Shown piece by piece: positions 1 to 9,913 of a stretch of 20,000 nucleotides of DNA; position 1 is the stretch's first letter; each line of letters begins with the position of its first letter. The DNA comes from Nitrospiraceae bacterium (GTDB taxonomy: Bacteria > Nitrospirota > Nitrospiria > Nitrospirales > Nitrospiraceae). Position numbers and translations under genes: made by a program. Location: NCBI GenBank assembly GCA_037442105.1, contig JBBIQV010000013.1, forward strand, positions 49,105 through 69,104, read 5' to 3'. Below the pieces are notes generated by a model. It was not told where the DNA came from, ran no database searches, and worked only from the letters and a program-made list of their open reading frames with translations.

Positions 1-243
<243 letters not shown>

Positions 244-246
244 TAT

Positions 247-456
247 TCACTGCGGTTTTGTCGGACAGGTGTTGATCCCGATCAACTGCCACGCCGGACA
301 GTAGCCGATTGTTCCCGTCACAAGCGCGACAGCCCCAACCACGAACGCAATCCCCATCCCCCATGCAGGCAAGCTCCCAAACGCCCCGATCGCCAACAGC
401 GCGAGGCCGATGATGATCCGGATTGGCCGTTCTACTCCTCCCACGTTACAGGTCAT
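247..456 (-). CDS. DUF2892 / YgaP-like small membrane protein
   Basis: NVGGVERPIRIIIG start, two hydrophobic helices and a GYCPAWQLIGINTC end match the DUF2892 pattern; strong RBS AAGGAGGGG. Confidence 0.88.
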   Translation of the reverse strand: MTCNVGGVERPIRIIIGLALLAIGAFGSLPAWGMGIAFVVGAVALVTGTIGYCPAWQLIGINTCPTKPQ

Positions 457-694
457 GGCACCCCTCCTTGTTATCTGTTATCCATCTCCCGCACTTCTTG
501 ACGGTAAGCGAGAAGCGGTCGCTTCCCTTAATTCTGTTCCGTATGAGTCACCGACTCCAAAATGGATTCGCCCTCCGAAAGGAAAAATCGTCGCCTCCCG
601 TTCGGTCGGAAAACAGTACAGGACATGGCAAGTCGTGCATCGGGTCGTAATGAATGATAGAGAGCCGATGCGACCGCATATCAAACAAAGAACT

Positions 695-710
695 TGCGAC
701 TGGCATGCCA
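695..710 (-). promoter_or_regulatory. Putative sigma-54 (-24/-12) promoter for the DUF2892-sqr unit
   Basis: Minus strand TGGCATGCCAGTCGCA is GG-N10-GC, two mismatches from TGGCACG-N4-TTGCW, and points toward DUF2892/sqr. Confidence 0.4.
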
Positions 711-899
711 CTGCCGGTCGCGTCTGAATCACAAAACCACATGCACTGACGAGGGGTTAGAGAAGTAGGGAGAGCGCCTGCGCGAGTTCGGTGGAGACAA
801 ATGCGCCAGCAACATCACAACCCCCTGGCGCAAGATGCTACAGATGGCGCAGCGCTGTTCACGCTGGAGGGTCGGCCAAGTGTCCGTCCTCGCTGGGAC

Positions 900-2135
900 T
901 TATTCGTAGCGTAGCGCCTCGATGGGATTCAAGCTAGCCGCCTTATTCGCAGGGTACAGGCCGAAGAACAGTCCGACAACGAGGGAGAAGAAAAACGCGG
1001 TTGCAACTGCGTCGAATGATATGATCGTCGGCCACCCCGCAACCACGGTGGTGAGCCTCGCTCCCAGAATCCCGAATAGGATTCCCACCATCCCGCCGGC
1101 GAGGCTCAGGGTCATCGCCTCGATGAGGAACTGCATGAGAATGTGCCGGCGCTTGGCGCCGACCGCCATCCGGACCCCGATTTCGCGCGTCCGCTCCGTG
1201 ACCGAGACCAGCAGGATATTCATGATCCCGATCCCGCCGACCAACAGCGAGACCGATGCGATCGCAAAGAGCATGACCGTCAGGGTTTGGCTCGTCCCCT
1301 CCTGGACCTTGCCGATGTCGACTTGGGTCCGGATGGTGAAATCGTCCGGCTGGTCCGGTTGCAGGCGATGCCGCAGTCGCAACACCTCACGTGTCTGTTC
1401 CACTGCGTCGGCCAGATCCTCAGACCGCTCGGTCATCGCGAAGAGGGCGCCGACCGAGCCGAGGAATTGTGTCCCCAGCACTTTCCGTTCTGCCGTCGTA
1501 AAGGGGATAAAGATAATGTCGTCCTGGTCCGAACCTTGGGCCGACTGCCCCTTCGGGGCGAGGACCCCGATGACGCGGAAGGGGACGTTCTTGATGCGGA
1601 TTATTGCGCCGACCGGCTCTTCTCCTGGATCGAATAAATTCTCCATCACCGTCTGTCCGACCAGCGCGACTCTGGCTGCCACCTCCATATCCGCTTGCGT
1701 AATCGGCCCGCCACTGACAAAGGACCAATCCCGGATCGTGAGGTAGCTCGGCGAAATGCCGTTCACCGGACCGTTCCAATTGCGATTCCCGTTGACGATC
1801 TGCATCACGTCCCGCTTGGCCCAGCCGGTTTCCTTGAGCAGCGGCACGCGCTTCTTGAGATCGAGCGCATCGGCGGACGTCAGCGTCACCACGCCACCCT
1901 GTCCGCCGCGCACGCCGCCCACCGTCGTCGCACCGGGCAAAATGATGATGACGTTCGTCCCCATGCTCGCGACCTGCGCACGAACCGCCGCCCTGGCGCC
2001 TTGCCCGATGCTGACCATGGCGATCACCGCGCCAACCCCAATGACAATCCCCAACATAGTGAGGCCCGCGCGCAAGCGGTTCCGGCCCAGGATACGAAGC
2101 GCCGTCATGACGGTCAGATAGACAAAGCCCGACAT
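900..2135 (-). CDS. MacB/FtsX-family ABC transporter permease
   Basis: RNRLRAGLTMLGIVIGVGAVIAM and GGIGIMNILLVSVTERTREIGVRMAVGA motifs, C-terminal YPANKAASLNPIEALRYE; start overlaps the upstream ATPase stop. Confidence 0.95.
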   Translation of the reverse strand: MSGFVYLTVMTALRILGRNRLRAGLTMLGIVIGVGAVIAMVSIGQGARAAVRAQVASMGTNVIIILPGATTVGGVRGGQGGVVTLTSADALDLKKRVPLLKETGWAKRDVMQIVNGNRNWNGPVNGISPSYLTIRDWSFVSGGPITQADMEVAARVALVGQTVMENLFDPGEEPVGAIIRIKNVPFRVIGVLAPKGQSAQGSDQDDIIFIPFTTAERKVLGTQFLGSVGALFAMTERSEDLADAVEQTREVLRLRHRLQPDQPDDFTIRTQVDIGKVQEGTSQTLTVMLFAIASVSLLVGGIGIMNILLVSVTERTREIGVRMAVGAKRRHILMQFLIEAMTLSLAGGMVGILFGILGARLTTVVAGWPTIISFDAVATAFFFSLVVGLFFGLYPANKAASLNPIEALRYE

Positions 2136-2854
2136 CAGTGAGGACTCCTTGCAGCGGACACCACCGGCGTGGTGCGTCGATCGCTCACGATTACTCCATC
2201 CCTGATGACAATCTCGCGCGAGGCACAGGCGGCAACCTCCGCCTCGTGCGTCACCAAGATGATCGTGATGCCGTCTTCACGGTTCAGCCGATCCAAGATG
2301 CTCATGATCTCGCGGCTGGATTCCGTGTCGAGATTCCCCGTCGGTTCGTCGGCAAGAAGAAGAGACGGCGAGGTAACCAGCGCCCGTGCGATCGCAACAC
2401 GCTGCTGCTGCCCCCCCGACAATTGGGTTGGATAATGATGCTCGCGCCCGCCGAGGCCCACTCGCTGTAACGCCGCCTGCGCCTGCGCACGCTGATCGCG
2501 AAGGGACATGCCGCGATAAAAGAGCGGGAGCTGCGCATTCTCTAATGCGCTGGTCCGAGGGATCAAGTTGAAACTTTGGAACACGAACCCGATCTGCTGA
2601 TTCCTGATCTCGGCCAAGAGATCGGAGCTCGCAGTTCCCACTTCGACTCCGTCCAACACATATCGGCCTTGGCTCGGCTGATCCAAACAGCCCAGGATAT
2701 TCATTAACGTCGACTTGCCGGACCCCGACGCCCCCATCACCGCCACAAACTCGCCGTGATCGATGGTGAGATTCACCCCGCGAAGCGCCTGGACCTGCAC
2801 GTCCCCAACCCGGTAAACTTTCCAGACATTCTCGCAGACGATCAGCGCACCCAT
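2135..2854 (-). CDS. ABC transporter ATP-binding protein (MacB/LolD-type)
   Basis: Walker A GASGSGKS, Q-loop GFVFQSFNL, signature LSGGQQQR, Walker B LLLADEPTGNLD, H-loop VTH. Confidence 0.95.
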   Translation of the reverse strand: MGALIVCENVWKVYRVGDVQVQALRGVNLTIDHGEFVAVMGASGSGKSTLMNILGCLDQPSQGRYVLDGVEVGTASSDLLAEIRNQQIGFVFQSFNLIPRTSALENAQLPLFYRGMSLRDQRAQAQAALQRVGLGGREHHYPTQLSGGQQQRVAIARALVTSPSLLLADEPTGNLDTESSREIMSILDRLNREDGITIILVTHEAEVAACASREIVIRDGVIVSDRRTTPVVSAARSPH

Positions 2855-2876
2855 ATTATCTTCATCCTAAAACAGC

Positions 2877-2967
2877 GGGGAGGTGGGCCTTGCTTCATCT
2901 GCGCGCGTCCACCGAGCACTTTCCGAAGTGCGGGGTGCGCGAGCACAGAAGCAAGGCCCACCTCCCC
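2877..2967. repeat. Long palindromic element (REP/MITE-like) inside the exporter operon
   Basis: 20-bp perfect inverted repeat ggggaggtgggccttgcttc (2877-2896) / gaagcaaggcccacctcccc (2948-2967), with an inner hairpin gcactt-tccg-aagtgc. Confidence 0.85.
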
Positions 2968-2973
2968 AACCTC

Positions 2974-4257
2974 TCACATTCCTCGGTCGCGCGACGAACT
3001 ACGTCGCTGCCCGCTCCCGAATCCCGGAGGCAGGTCGTGCGCTTTGCGATCGCCGCGCGGCGTTTCGAACCCCACGACGACCTGATCCCCTTCCTTAAGA
3101 TCGCCGCCGACCACCTCGGTGGCCGTCCCATCTGAAATCCCCGTCTGGACGACGACGGGTTCGATCTCTCCAGAGCTTCCTTTCTTCCAAACCGTTCTGG
3201 CAATGCCTCCCTGCTCTCCGGCAGCAGGCGCTAGTACACCGGACGCGCCCCCCTCCGATTTAACCGGTCGAGCCGACACGGTGGAACCTTCGCTCTGTTC
3301 GGACTTCGGCGGAGTGAAGCGGATGGCGGCATTGGGCACTCTGAGCACGTCATCTTTTTTAGCCACCACGATCGACACGTTGGCCGTCATCCCCGGCCGG
3401 AGCCGGAGGTCCTTGTTATCGACGCCGACCACCACGTTGTAGGTCACGACATTCTGGATGTTGATCGGAGCCAGCCGCACTTGGCGAATGACGCCCTGAA
3501 AGCGATGGCCCGGATAGGCGTCCACCATGAAGGTGGCCTGCTTGCCTTCAGCAACCCCGCCGATATCGGACTCGCTCACATTCGTATCCACCTGCATCTG
3601 AGTCAGATCCAGCGCGATGAGAAAGAGGTTCGGCGTGGCAAAGCTGGCCGCCACGGTTTGGCCCACTTCGATGTTCCGAGCCACCACGATTCCATCTACC
3701 GGCGACCGAATCACCGTGTACTTCAGATCGAGTTCAGCCGCGTTCAACGCCGCCTCGGCCTGTTTTACCTGGGCTTCGACAACTTTCAGTTGGGCTTCCG
3801 CTCCCTGATAGTTGGTGAGCGCCAAGTCGACATCGTTCTGGGAAACGAATTGCTGGGCCACAAGCGACTTGACACGATCGAGCTCGCGTTTCCGCTGGGC
3901 GATGTCGGCCTTGGCGCGGCCCACGTTGGCTCTGGCCATCTCGAGGTTGCTGGCCGCCTGATCCCGCCGAGCCTTGAACGGCTCCGGATCAATCACCGCT
4001 ACCACATCACCGGCTTTCACCGTCGAGTTGAAATCCGCATGCAGGCTCTTGATCATGCCGGACACCTGCGTCCCGACTTGGACCGACACGACAGGATTGA
4101 TGGTGCCGGTCGCGGTCACGAGCGAAACCACCGACCCGCGTTCGACCGGCGCAGTCCGGTAGCGAACCGGCGCCTTCCGCTCGCCATTGAAGAAGACATA
4201 GCCGCCGATAGCAAGCCCGACTCCCACGATGCTGACAATCAACCCTAGACGACGCAT
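2974..4257 (-). CDS. Efflux periplasmic adaptor / membrane-fusion protein (MacA-like)
   Basis: N-terminal TM helix, ATGTINPVVSVQVGTQVSG, alpha-hairpin coiled coil, IRSPVDGIVV, VGQTVAASF and LRPGMTANV; first gene of the ABC operon. Confidence 0.93.
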   Translation of the reverse strand: MRRLGLIVSIVGVGLAIGGYVFFNGERKAPVRYRTAPVERGSVVSLVTATGTINPVVSVQVGTQVSGMIKSLHADFNSTVKAGDVVAVIDPEPFKARRDQAASNLEMARANVGRAKADIAQRKRELDRVKSLVAQQFVSQNDVDLALTNYQGAEAQLKVVEAQVKQAEAALNAAELDLKYTVIRSPVDGIVVARNIEVGQTVAASFATPNLFLIALDLTQMQVDTNVSESDIGGVAEGKQATFMVDAYPGHRFQGVIRQVRLAPINIQNVVTYNVVVGVDNKDLRLRPGMTANVSIVVAKKDDVLRVPNAAIRFTPPKSEQSEGSTVSARPVKSEGGASGVLAPAAGEQGGIARTVWKKGSSGEIEPVVVQTGISDGTATEVVGGDLKEGDQVVVGFETPRGDRKAHDLPPGFGSGQRRSSSRDRGM

Positions 4258-4284
4258 TGCACGCGATGCTCACTCCTTCGTAGC

Positions 4285-4293
4285 ATTCTATCA
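4285..4293 (-). promoter_or_regulatory. Putative extended -10 promoter for the macAB-like operon
   Basis: Minus strand TGATAGAAT (TGn-TAGAAT) just upstream of an AAGGAG and the adaptor start codon. Confidence 0.45.
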
Positions 4294-4361
4294 GGAAGCT
4301 TTTGGGGGAATCACCTTGTCTCCCGAGGCGAATGATACGCCCGTTCGTCGAGCACAGAAAT

Positions 4362-4405
4362 AAAAAGGCCGTTCACCGATCCGGTGAACGGCCTTTCTTG
4401 CTTTT
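4362..4405. terminator. Intrinsic terminator downstream of the HhH lipoprotein gene (possibly bidirectional)
   Basis: Perfect stem aaaggccgttcaccg-atc-cggtgaacggccttt (4364-4396) with an A-tract on the left (U-tract on minus) and a T-rich tract on the right. Confidence 0.85.
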
Positions 4406-4449
4406 AGCCTGGCAACGCGTCACCGGCCAGCGGACCGGCACAGGCCCTG

Positions 4450-5181
4450 CTATGGCGTGACGGAAATCCGGTCCTTGATCATGTCAAACGTTTCTTTCGG
4501 CATTACATTCTTGGCCACCAACTCGCCCTTGATCCGATAGGGGCGGTTGGACACAATCCGCTCCGCCACATCCTTGGTCAGGCCAAGGAACAACACCATG
4601 TCGCTGGCCGACGCCTTGTTCACATTCATGGGCGCCAGCGCCGGCTGCGGAGGAGTCGGCATCGTGACAGGCGCCGGTTGCGAAGGCGTGCTTGGCACCG
4701 GTTCGAGCGAACCGGGCGCCGGCGACGTCGAAGACAAGGAGGGCGGAGACAACGTGGCCGACCGTGGCCTTTCTTTTAACTCTTTTTGATAGCGGGCCAC
4801 GAGCGATTTCAATGTCTCATTGTGCCGCTTCACATCCTCGTATTCCTGCCGCACGCTCCGGCTCTGCGAGGTTAATTGCTTGACCTTGTCCTCGAGCTCC
4901 TTCGTGCGGGCCTCGATGGTTGCCCGTTCCTTGTCGCGGCCATGCTCGATCCGCTGTAGTTCATCTCGGGCCGCTTGTGCCTCGCCGCCGAACTTCACAT
5001 TGAGTTCCTTCAATGTCTTGACCTGCTGTTCCAGCGCATTCTTCTGGGCTCTGGTCCGTTCCAACTCCTCTTTGGCGGCCTGCGATTCGGCAACCACCGC
5101 CTTGTAAGTGCTTTCTTTGATGCACCCGCCTAGCGTCAACACGCCGGCCACAGCAACCCCCACGACCAGATATTGCTTCAT
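4450..5181 (-). CDS. Predicted lipoprotein: coiled coil, Pro/Ser-rich linker and C-terminal helix-hairpin-helix (ComEA-like) domain
   Basis: Start moved to ATG 5181 (GGGGAGG RBS). Signal peptide ending in LGGC; about 120 aa charged heptad region; C-terminus MNVNKASASDMVLFLGLTKDVAERIVSNRPY resembles the HhH pattern iNiNtAs..eL..lpGig...A..Iv..Rpy. Confidence 0.75.
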   Translation of the reverse strand: MKQYLVVGVAVAGVLTLGGCIKESTYKAVVAESQAAKEELERTRAQKNALEQQVKTLKELNVKFGGEAQAARDELQRIEHGRDKERATIEARTKELEDKVKQLTSQSRSVRQEYEDVKRHNETLKSLVARYQKELKERPRSATLSPPSLSSTSPAPGSLEPVPSTPSQPAPVTMPTPPQPALAPMNVNKASASDMVLFLGLTKDVAERIVSNRPYRIKGELVAKNVMPKETFDMIKDRISVTP

Positions 5182-5406
5182 GACGAGCCTCCCCTTTCCT
5201 CCTGAAGTAACCAAGTCACTCGGAATCCGGGATTGAGCCTCACAGCTCTCGCCTCATCCTCTGAACACGACTCGCAGCCCCGGAACTTCGCAAGCCCTTG
5301 CTATCGTTGTGTGTATGCCAAGCGCCAAACTTTGTCAACAGATTTGCGCCGCCGTTTCTCACGCGGATTATCTCGCCCGACCGCACTGCGACAACCGTTC
5401 GTTTGC

Positions 5407-5435
5407 TTGACGGAAGAAGGAGAGTTTGTGATGAT
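5407..5435 (+). promoter_or_regulatory. Putative sigma-70 promoter of uppP
   Basis: TTGACG-17 nt-GATGAT with a TG extension. Confidence 0.35.
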
Positions 5436-5488
5436 GCGCACCGGCGTACTTGGCAACTTCCTCCGACGCCGAGGCGGTAACCGACGAC

Positions 5489-6376
5489 ATGAGCAACTGG
5501 GGGCCTGAGCTGGCTGTCATTCTGGGGATCGTGGAGGGAATCACGGAATACCTTCCGATCTCTTCGACCGGTCACCTTATCCTCGTCGGACACCTGCTCG
5601 GATTCACCGGCGCCGTCGCGGCAAGCGTGGAGATTTCCATCCAGTTGGGAGCGATCCTGGCCGTGATTGCCTATGAACGGCAGAAACTCAGAGCGCTGCT
5701 CTCCGACGCCTTAGTCGAACAGGCGAATCTCCGTGCCATGCTGGTCAACGGCCGAAACCAGGGGCAGAACCAGGGATGGCTCGCATTGTTCCACCGTTCA
5801 GCGCAGCAGCATCGCAATCTGTGGTTTCTCCTGGGACTTGGTCTGGCGTTCCTTCCCGCCGCGCTTGTCGGCTTCCTGGCACATGGCTGGATCAAAGCCC
5901 ATCTCTTTACCCCCCGCACGGTGGCCGTCTCACTGGTTGCGGGAGGCATCATCATTCTGGTTGTTGAAGCGTTGAAGGATCGGGCACAGATCCGGCAACT
6001 GGAGCATGTGGGCCTCTCGTCGGCCTTCTGGGTCGGCCTCGCCCAGTGCGCATCACTGATTCCTGGCATGTCACGATCGGGGTCGACGATCGTCGGAGGG
6101 CTGTTGGCCGGCCTCGATCGCAAGGTCGCAACCGAGTATTCCTTCTTCCTGGCGTTACCGACGATGATCGTCGCCACCGTGTATCAGATGCTCAAAGATC
6201 AGTCCACCCTTACCTCCCAGGACTACATCGCGCTGGGCGTGGGACTCGTCGTCTCGTTCGTCGTTGCTTGGGCAGTTATCGCAGTCTTTCTGACCTTCGT
6301 CCAGCGGCACACCTTGCGCGTGTTCGCCTACTATCGTATGGTGCTGGGGGTCGTCGTCTTCATGCTTGTTCACTGA
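5489..6376 (+). CDS. uppP: Undecaprenyl-diphosphate phosphatase (BacA/UppP)
   Basis: Motifs GIVEGITEYLPISSTGH, IQLGAILA, LIPGMSRSGSTI and ATEYSFFLALP; likely start ATG 5489 after GAGGCGG. Confidence 0.95.
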   Translation: MSNWGPELAVILGIVEGITEYLPISSTGHLILVGHLLGFTGAVAASVEISIQLGAILAVIAYERQKLRALLSDALVEQANLRAMLVNGRNQGQNQGWLALFHRSAQQHRNLWFLLGLGLAFLPAALVGFLAHGWIKAHLFTPRTVAVSLVAGGIIILVVEALKDRAQIRQLEHVGLSSAFWVGLAQCASLIPGMSRSGSTIVGGLLAGLDRKVATEYSFFLALPTMIVATVYQMLKDQSTLTSQDYIALGVGLVVSFVVAWAVIAVFLTFVQRHTLRVFAYYRMVLGVVVFMLVH

Positions 6377-6515
6377 GGTTAGGTGGTAATACCGCGGGAG
6401 CTTCTCAAGCCGATACGGTCCACGTCTTTGATACGCGAGTGCAGGCAAGAACGGCCCGCCGCGCTTCGACATGATGACAACTCGATAATGACGAGCGACG
6501 AAATACCGGCCGGCG

Positions 6516-7031
6516 TTACGGCTGGCCGGCAACCGGCTCCACTTCTTCTTTTTTCTTTTCTAACGCGAAATGCAGGATGAGAAAAGCGACGCCCACGCTG
6601 ATGGCAGCGTCGGCAACGTTGAAGGCAGGCCAGTGGTAGACATCAATATAGACATCCAGAAAGTCGATTACCTCCCCGTACCGTAGCCGGTCGAGCAGAT
6701 TCCCGATCGCCCCGCCCAGAATTCCCGCGATGCTCAGTTGGCCCATCCAGTCGTGCTGCGGAAGCCGGAAGAGAATCGTCCCCAGCAATCCCAGCGCGAA
6801 GAGGGAAGTTAGGCCGAAGAACAGGAACCGAAACCCGCTGCTGCTCGATGCCAGCAGCCCGAACGCTGCGCCAGGGTTTCGGATGTAGGTGATGCTGAAC
6901 AGATTAGGAATGACCGGGATCGATTCATGCAGCCGCATCGACTGCATGATCCAAAGTTTGGTCACTTGATCGATGGTCACAACGGCTGAGCTGATCAGGC
7001 CCAACATCACGTATCGCGAAAGAGGACTCAT
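6516..7031 (-). CDS. lspA: Lipoprotein signal peptidase II
   Basis: [27 protein letters not shown] and WPAFNVAD motifs; start ATG 7031 overlaps the ileS stop (ATGA). Confidence 0.96.
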   Translation of the reverse strand: MSPLSRYVMLGLISSAVVTIDQVTKLWIMQSMRLHESIPVIPNLFSITYIRNPGAAFGLLASSSSGFRFLFFGLTSLFALGLLGTILFRLPQHDWMGQLSIAGILGGAIGNLLDRLRYGEVIDFLDVYIDVYHWPAFNVADAAISVGVAFLILHFALEKKKEEVEPVAGQP

Positions 7032-9838
7032 CCGCGAACCGCCTCGACACAGCGGTCGCATAAGGTCGGATGTTCCGCAAACGTTCCCACCGCCGCGCGA
7101 TAGTTCCAGCAGCGCTCGCATTTATTGCCATCCGCCCGGCCCACCACAATTGGAACGCTCACTTCCTGCGATGAACGTTCAAGTGCGACCTGGGATACTA
7201 TGAACAGCGCGGGGAGGTCAGGTTCATAGCATTTGAGAAACGCGTGGGACGCGTCGTCACTAATGCGAAAGATCACCTTGGCTTCCAGAGATGATCCGAT
7301 TACTTTGTCCCGCCGTTTTTCCTCCAGCAAGTTCTGAACGGCAGCTCTCCACTCCAGCAATTGGCTCCATCTCGCAGCTAATCGCTTGTCGGCCCATTCC
7401 GGTTTTGACTCGGGAAATGACGCCAGATGTACGCTTGTTGCCTCCTCCGCCTTGTACACTACCTCCGTCCGCCAGATTTCCTCCGCCGTAAAGCTGAGGA
7501 CCGGCGCCATCAGTTTGGTCAGAGCCGTGAGCACGTCGAAAAAGACGGTCTGCGATCCACGCCTCAAAGGTGAATCCGCACGGAATGTATAGAGCCGATC
7601 CTTAAGTATGTCACAATAGACTGAACTCATATCGACCGAGCAGAAGTTGTTCAGGGCATGGAAAATCGCGTGGAATTCAAACTCCTCGTAGGCCTGCCGT
7701 ACCTTCGGAATCAGTTCCCCCAGCCTCAATAATGCCCAGCGGTCCAATTCCTGAAGCTTCTCGTAAGGCACACGGTGGAGGCTGGGATCGAAATCATACA
7801 GATTGCTCAGCAGGAACCGGCAGGTGTTGCGGATTTTTCGATAGGCTTCGATCAGGTGATTGAGAATCTCCTGAGAGATCCGCAAGTCTTCCCGATAATC
7901 CTGTGCAGCCACCCAGAGACGGAGAATCTCGGCCCCCGACTGTTTGATGACATCCTGCGGCGCCACGACATTGCCGGCGGACTTGGACATCTTCTTGCCG
8001 GCCCCATCCACCACAAAGCCATGCGTCAGCACGGCCTTGTACGGTGCACGACGGTCGGTGATGACTCCCGCCAGCAGGGCGCTGTGGAACCAGCCCCGAT
8101 GCTGATCCGAACCTTCAAGATAGAGGTCGGCGGGCCACCATTTACGCGGCTTCAGCACCGCCGCATAGCTCACGCCTGATTCGAACCACACATCCAGGAT
8201 ATCCCGCTCCTTCTCGAACTCGCTCCCGCCGCATTGGGTGCAACTCGTGCCCTTCGGCAGCAATTCGGCTGCAGGCTTGGCGAACCAGAGATCAGCCCCA
8301 TGCTGTTCAACCAGCGACGCCACATGCTCAATGACTCTCGGATGCATCAGGACGGTTCGGCAGGTCGTGCAGATGAATCCGGGAATGGGAGTCCCCCAGA
8401 CTCGCTGGCGGGAGAGACACCAGTCGGGCCGGTTGGCGATCATGCCGGTGATCCGGTCGCGGCCATAGGCCGGAATCCAGCGGACCCGTTCGATTTCCGC
8501 CAACGCCTCCTGCCGCAGCTCGTTGGTCTCCATCGAGACGAACCACTGTTCCGTCGCGCGGAAGATCACGGGGCTCTTGCAGCGCCAACAATGGGGATAG
8601 GAGTGGCTCAGCGAACTATGCCCGAGCAAACGGCCGTTCGCTTGCAACCGTTCGACGATTTTGGGATTGGCCTTGAAGACGTGCAGCCCTGAAAAGTCCG
8701 TGACCACCTCGGTGAATCGGCCTGCATTGTCGACCGGCGCCAGAATTTCCAGCCGCTCGCCAACCGACGCTTTCGCGTTATGGTCTAACACGAGGATGTA
8801 GTCTTCCATGCCGTGGCCCGGCGCAATATGCACACAGCCGGTCCCCTGCTCCAAGGTCACGAAGTCGCCCAGGAGCACCGGCGACAACCCTGGAGACAAG
8901 GGCCGCTGCGTTTCCAACCCCTCGAACCCCTCTCCGCCTTTCTTGACCCCCAGCAGGCGCACGCTTTCCAGCTTGCAGGCCTTCACCACGCTGTCCAGAA
9001 GCTTCTCGGCGATGATCAAGACTTCGTTGCCGAAATGGACGAAGGCATAGTCGATGTCCGGGTGGAGACAGACCGCCTGGTTTGCGGGGAGCGTCCAGGG
9101 TGTGGTCGTCCAGATCACCACGGAGACCGACGACAGGCCGGCTGGGAAAGAGACCCCCGGGAACCTTGAGGCAAGAACTTTTGGCGGGCTGACCAGCGGA
9201 AACTTCACATAGATCGACGGCGACGTGTGATCCTCGTACTCGACTTCCGCCTCAGCCAAAGCCGTTTGATCCTGCGTACACCAGAGTACCGGCTTGAGAC
9301 CTTTATAGACTCCGCCTCGTTCAACGAACTTGCCGAACTCGCGCAGAATTGTCGACTCGTAGGCAAGATTCATGGTGAGGTAGGGCTGTTCCCAATCGCC
9401 CAGCACGCCCAGACGCTTGAACTCGTCCCGCTGAATCTTGACATACTTCTCCGCGTAGTCGTGACAGAGCTTACGGATCGCGGAGGTATCCAGGTCCTTC
9501 TTCTTATCACCCAACTCCTTCATGACTTGATGCTCGATCGGCAACCCGTGGCAGTCCCACCCCGGGACGTACGGGACATGAAATCCGGCCATGGTCTTCG
9601 ACTTGACGATGATGTCTTTGAGAATCTTGTTCAACGCATGGCCGATATGAATACGCCCGTTGGCATAGGGTGGTCCGTCGTGGAGGATGTAACGAGGGCG
9701 GCCCTGGCCTGCCTCCTGGATTTTCCGGTAGAGGCCTTCTTGCTCCCACCACGCGAGCAACTCCGGCTCCCGCTGCGGCAGATTGGCCTTCATTGGGAAA
9801 TCGGTCTTGGGAAGATTGAGTGTGGCTTTGTAATCCAT
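7028..9838 (-). CDS. ileS: Isoleucine--tRNA ligase (type 1)
   Basis: [50 protein letters not shown] and a C-terminal CERC..CDRC zinc finger; canonical ileS-lspA pairing. Confidence 0.98.
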   Translation of the reverse strand: MDYKATLNLPKTDFPMKANLPQREPELLAWWEQEGLYRKIQEAGQGRPRYILHDGPPYANGRIHIGHALNKILKDIIVKSKTMAGFHVPYVPGWDCHGLPIEHQVMKELGDKKKDLDTSAIRKLCHDYAEKYVKIQRDEFKRLGVLGDWEQPYLTMNLAYESTILREFGKFVERGGVYKGLKPVLWCTQDQTALAEAEVEYEDHTSPSIYVKFPLVSPPKVLASRFPGVSFPAGLSSVSVVIWTTTPWTLPANQAVCLHPDIDYAFVHFGNEVLIIAEKLLDSVVKACKLESVRLLGVKKGGEGFEGLETQRPLSPGLSPVLLGDFVTLEQGTGCVHIAPGHGMEDYILVLDHNAKASVGERLEILAPVDNAGRFTEVVTDFSGLHVFKANPKIVERLQANGRLLGHSSLSHSYPHCWRCKSPVIFRATEQWFVSMETNELRQEALAEIERVRWIPAYGRDRITGMIANRPDWCLSRQRVWGTPIPGFICTTCRTVLMHPRVIEHVASLVEQHGADLWFAKPAAELLPKGTSCTQCGGSEFEKERDILDVWFESGVSYAAVLKPRKWWPADLYLEGSDQHRGWFHSALLAGVITDRRAPYKAVLTHGFVVDGAGKKMSKSAGNVVAPQDVIKQSGAEILRLWVAAQDYREDLRISQEILNHLIEAYRKIRNTCRFLLSNLYDFDPSLHRVPYEKLQELDRWALLRLGELIPKVRQAYEEFEFHAIFHALNNFCSVDMSSVYCDILKDRLYTFRADSPLRRGSQTVFFDVLTALTKLMAPVLSFTAEEIWRTEVVYKAEEATSVHLASFPESKPEWADKRLAARWSQLLEWRAAVQNLLEEKRRDKVIGSSLEAKVIFRISDDASHAFLKCYEPDLPALFIVSQVALERSSQEVSVPIVVGRADGNKCERCWNYRAAVGTFAEHPTLCDRCVEAVRG

Positions 9839-9845
9839 AACATCA

Positions 9846-9905
9846 AGCGAGTAGCGAACAGCGAGCAGCCACTAGCTCGATGCTATTCGCTATTTGCTAT
9901 TAGCT
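9846..9905. repeat. Heptamer-array inverted repeat, AGCGART/GCTATTC flavour
   Basis: agcgagt-agcgaac-agcgagc-agccact-agc ... gctattc-gctattt-gctatta-gct, filling most of the nadA-ileS spacer. Confidence 0.85.
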
Positions 9906-9913
9906 GGTCTCAG

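Noticed and set aside
560..610. Possible c-di-GMP-I riboswitch (ccgaaagg loop)
   Set aside because: The flanking GCAAA/GACGCAAAGC and P2 elements are absent, and it is on the wrong strand for the downstream genes.
478..732. Minus-strand ORF containing CxxC...CxxC upstream of DUF2892
   Set aside because: No convincing start or RBS, it overlaps the putative promoter, and several overlapping ORFs here are equally weak.
5310..5338. Minus-strand promoter TTGACA-17-TACACA for the HhH lipoprotein gene
   Set aside because: The -35 is perfect but the -10 lacks the conserved final T; plausible but not supportable.
6455..6505. Degenerate heptamer remnant (atgacga-gcgacga) between convergent uppP and lspA
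   Set aside because: Only two units and a poor opposite arm, so it cannot be distinguished from chance.
7032..7121. Longer upstream starts in the ORF track for lspA (and likewise 17536, 18041, 19202, 5214, 5450, 14333)
   Set aside because: They overlap neighbouring genes or repeats or lack an RBS; downstream ATGs fit RBS, coupling or family N-termini better.
9839..9913. T-box leader for ileS
   Set aside because: The spacer is only 75 nt, is filled by the repeat, and has no T-box motif.
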